DNA from: Eledone cirrhosa
Lineage: Eukaryota
Direction: 5' to 3'
Length of the DNA: 64,000 nucleotides
NCBI GenBank assembly: GCA_964016885.1
Contig: OZ024740.1
Coordinates: forward strand, 400,272,001 to 400,336,000
Shown here piece by piece: positions 63,091 through 64,000 of this stretch. The notes under the pieces are model-generated. The model searched no databases and was not told the DNA's origin. It saw nothing but the letters and a program-made list of their open reading frames with translations. The translations under genes and the position numbers were made by a program. How positions within the stretch are numbered: the stretch's first letter is position 1; the number at the start of each line of letters is the position of its first letter.

Positions 63091-64000
63091 GACATAATCA
63101 TCAATGTCCCCTCACCCAATGATCCCAAATTAAGACCTATAATAGCAGGCCCCGCTTGCGAAACGCACCGTCTTAGCAACTTCATTGATACCCTTCTCAA
63201 ACCCTTCCTCAAGCACATCAAAAGCTACATAAGGGACGACCTAGATATGCTCAATCACCTCCCTAATATGCCACTTTCTGAACAAACCCTACTAGTGACG
63301 TTCGATGTAGTCAACCTATACTCCAACATCCCCCACAACCTAGGAATAGAAGCTATCCAATTCTGGCTGGATAATTTCCACAATGAACTCCCACAACGCA
63401 TCAAAAAAGAATTCGTGATAGAGGGACTCATTTATCTTGGAGAACAATTACTTCGTTTTCAATAACAAACCCTACAGGCAGAAATCTGGGACCGCTATGG
63501 GAACGAAAACAGCCCCTACTTATGCCAACCTAGTCATGGGATACCTGGAAATCACCCTCTACACTAAAGTCCTAAACAAATTTGGAAACACCCTCCACTT
63601 ACACATTGAAAGGAACTGGAAGCGATATCTAGATGGCTGCTTCATCCTTTGGCACGAAAACATCGAAAAACTTAAAGAATTTCACACCCTTATAAATGGG
63701 CTCAACACAAATATTAACTTCACGATGGAATACAGCCATCAACAACTCCCCTTCCTCGACATCCCCATTAAGATCCATAACAAAAAAATAGAAACAGACA
63801 TATACTACAAGCCCACAGACTCCAAGCAATATCTCCCCTTCAACTCTTGCCACCCTAGACACGTTAAAATTAATATTCCCTACAACTTAGCCAAGAGAAT
63901 CTGTACTATAGTCTCCAATAAAAACATCTGCTACTTACGGCTACAAGAACTAAAGGACACACTCATAGGCAGGGACTACCCTGCATCACTAATTGACAAT
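63090..64000 (+). pseudogene. Penelope-like reverse transcriptase, 5'-truncated, runs off the window
   Basis: LRPIIAG..LVTFDVVNLYSNIP; frameshift near 63430; then NNYFVF..GTAMGTKTAPTYANL..WKRYLDGCF..LPFLD..YYKPTD..SCHP. The catalytic YLDD reads YLDG. Confidence 0.93.

Overview
AT-rich, microsatellite-saturated eukaryotic non-coding DNA. The SINE families and repeat landscape suggest an invertebrate, most likely an octopus-like cephalopod (inference). No host gene is supportable; nearly all listed ORFs are microsatellite translations. Real coding remnants are all retroelements: two Penelope-like elements (an uninterrupted GIY-YIG C-terminus at 24201-25034; an RT at 63090-64000 fused to an inverted copy of a PLE 3' end), RTE-clade LINE fragments and R4/Dong-type RLE fragments. 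There are also two tRNA-derived SINE families and a ~600-bp non-coding element that inserts into microsatellites. Main signal: by eye I count about 31 type I hammerhead ribozyme (HHR) motifs in about 18 sequence families. Most sit in short fold-back elements embedded in (TA)n, usually with the ribozyme-bearing 3' ends pointing outward. Several carry non-canonical cores (U3-A8 covariation, U4A, U4C, A13C, mismatched helix II base). HHRs in Penelope-like elements are established; the density, diversity, fold-back geometry and variant cores are what merit follow-up. All folds were read manually and none was computed.
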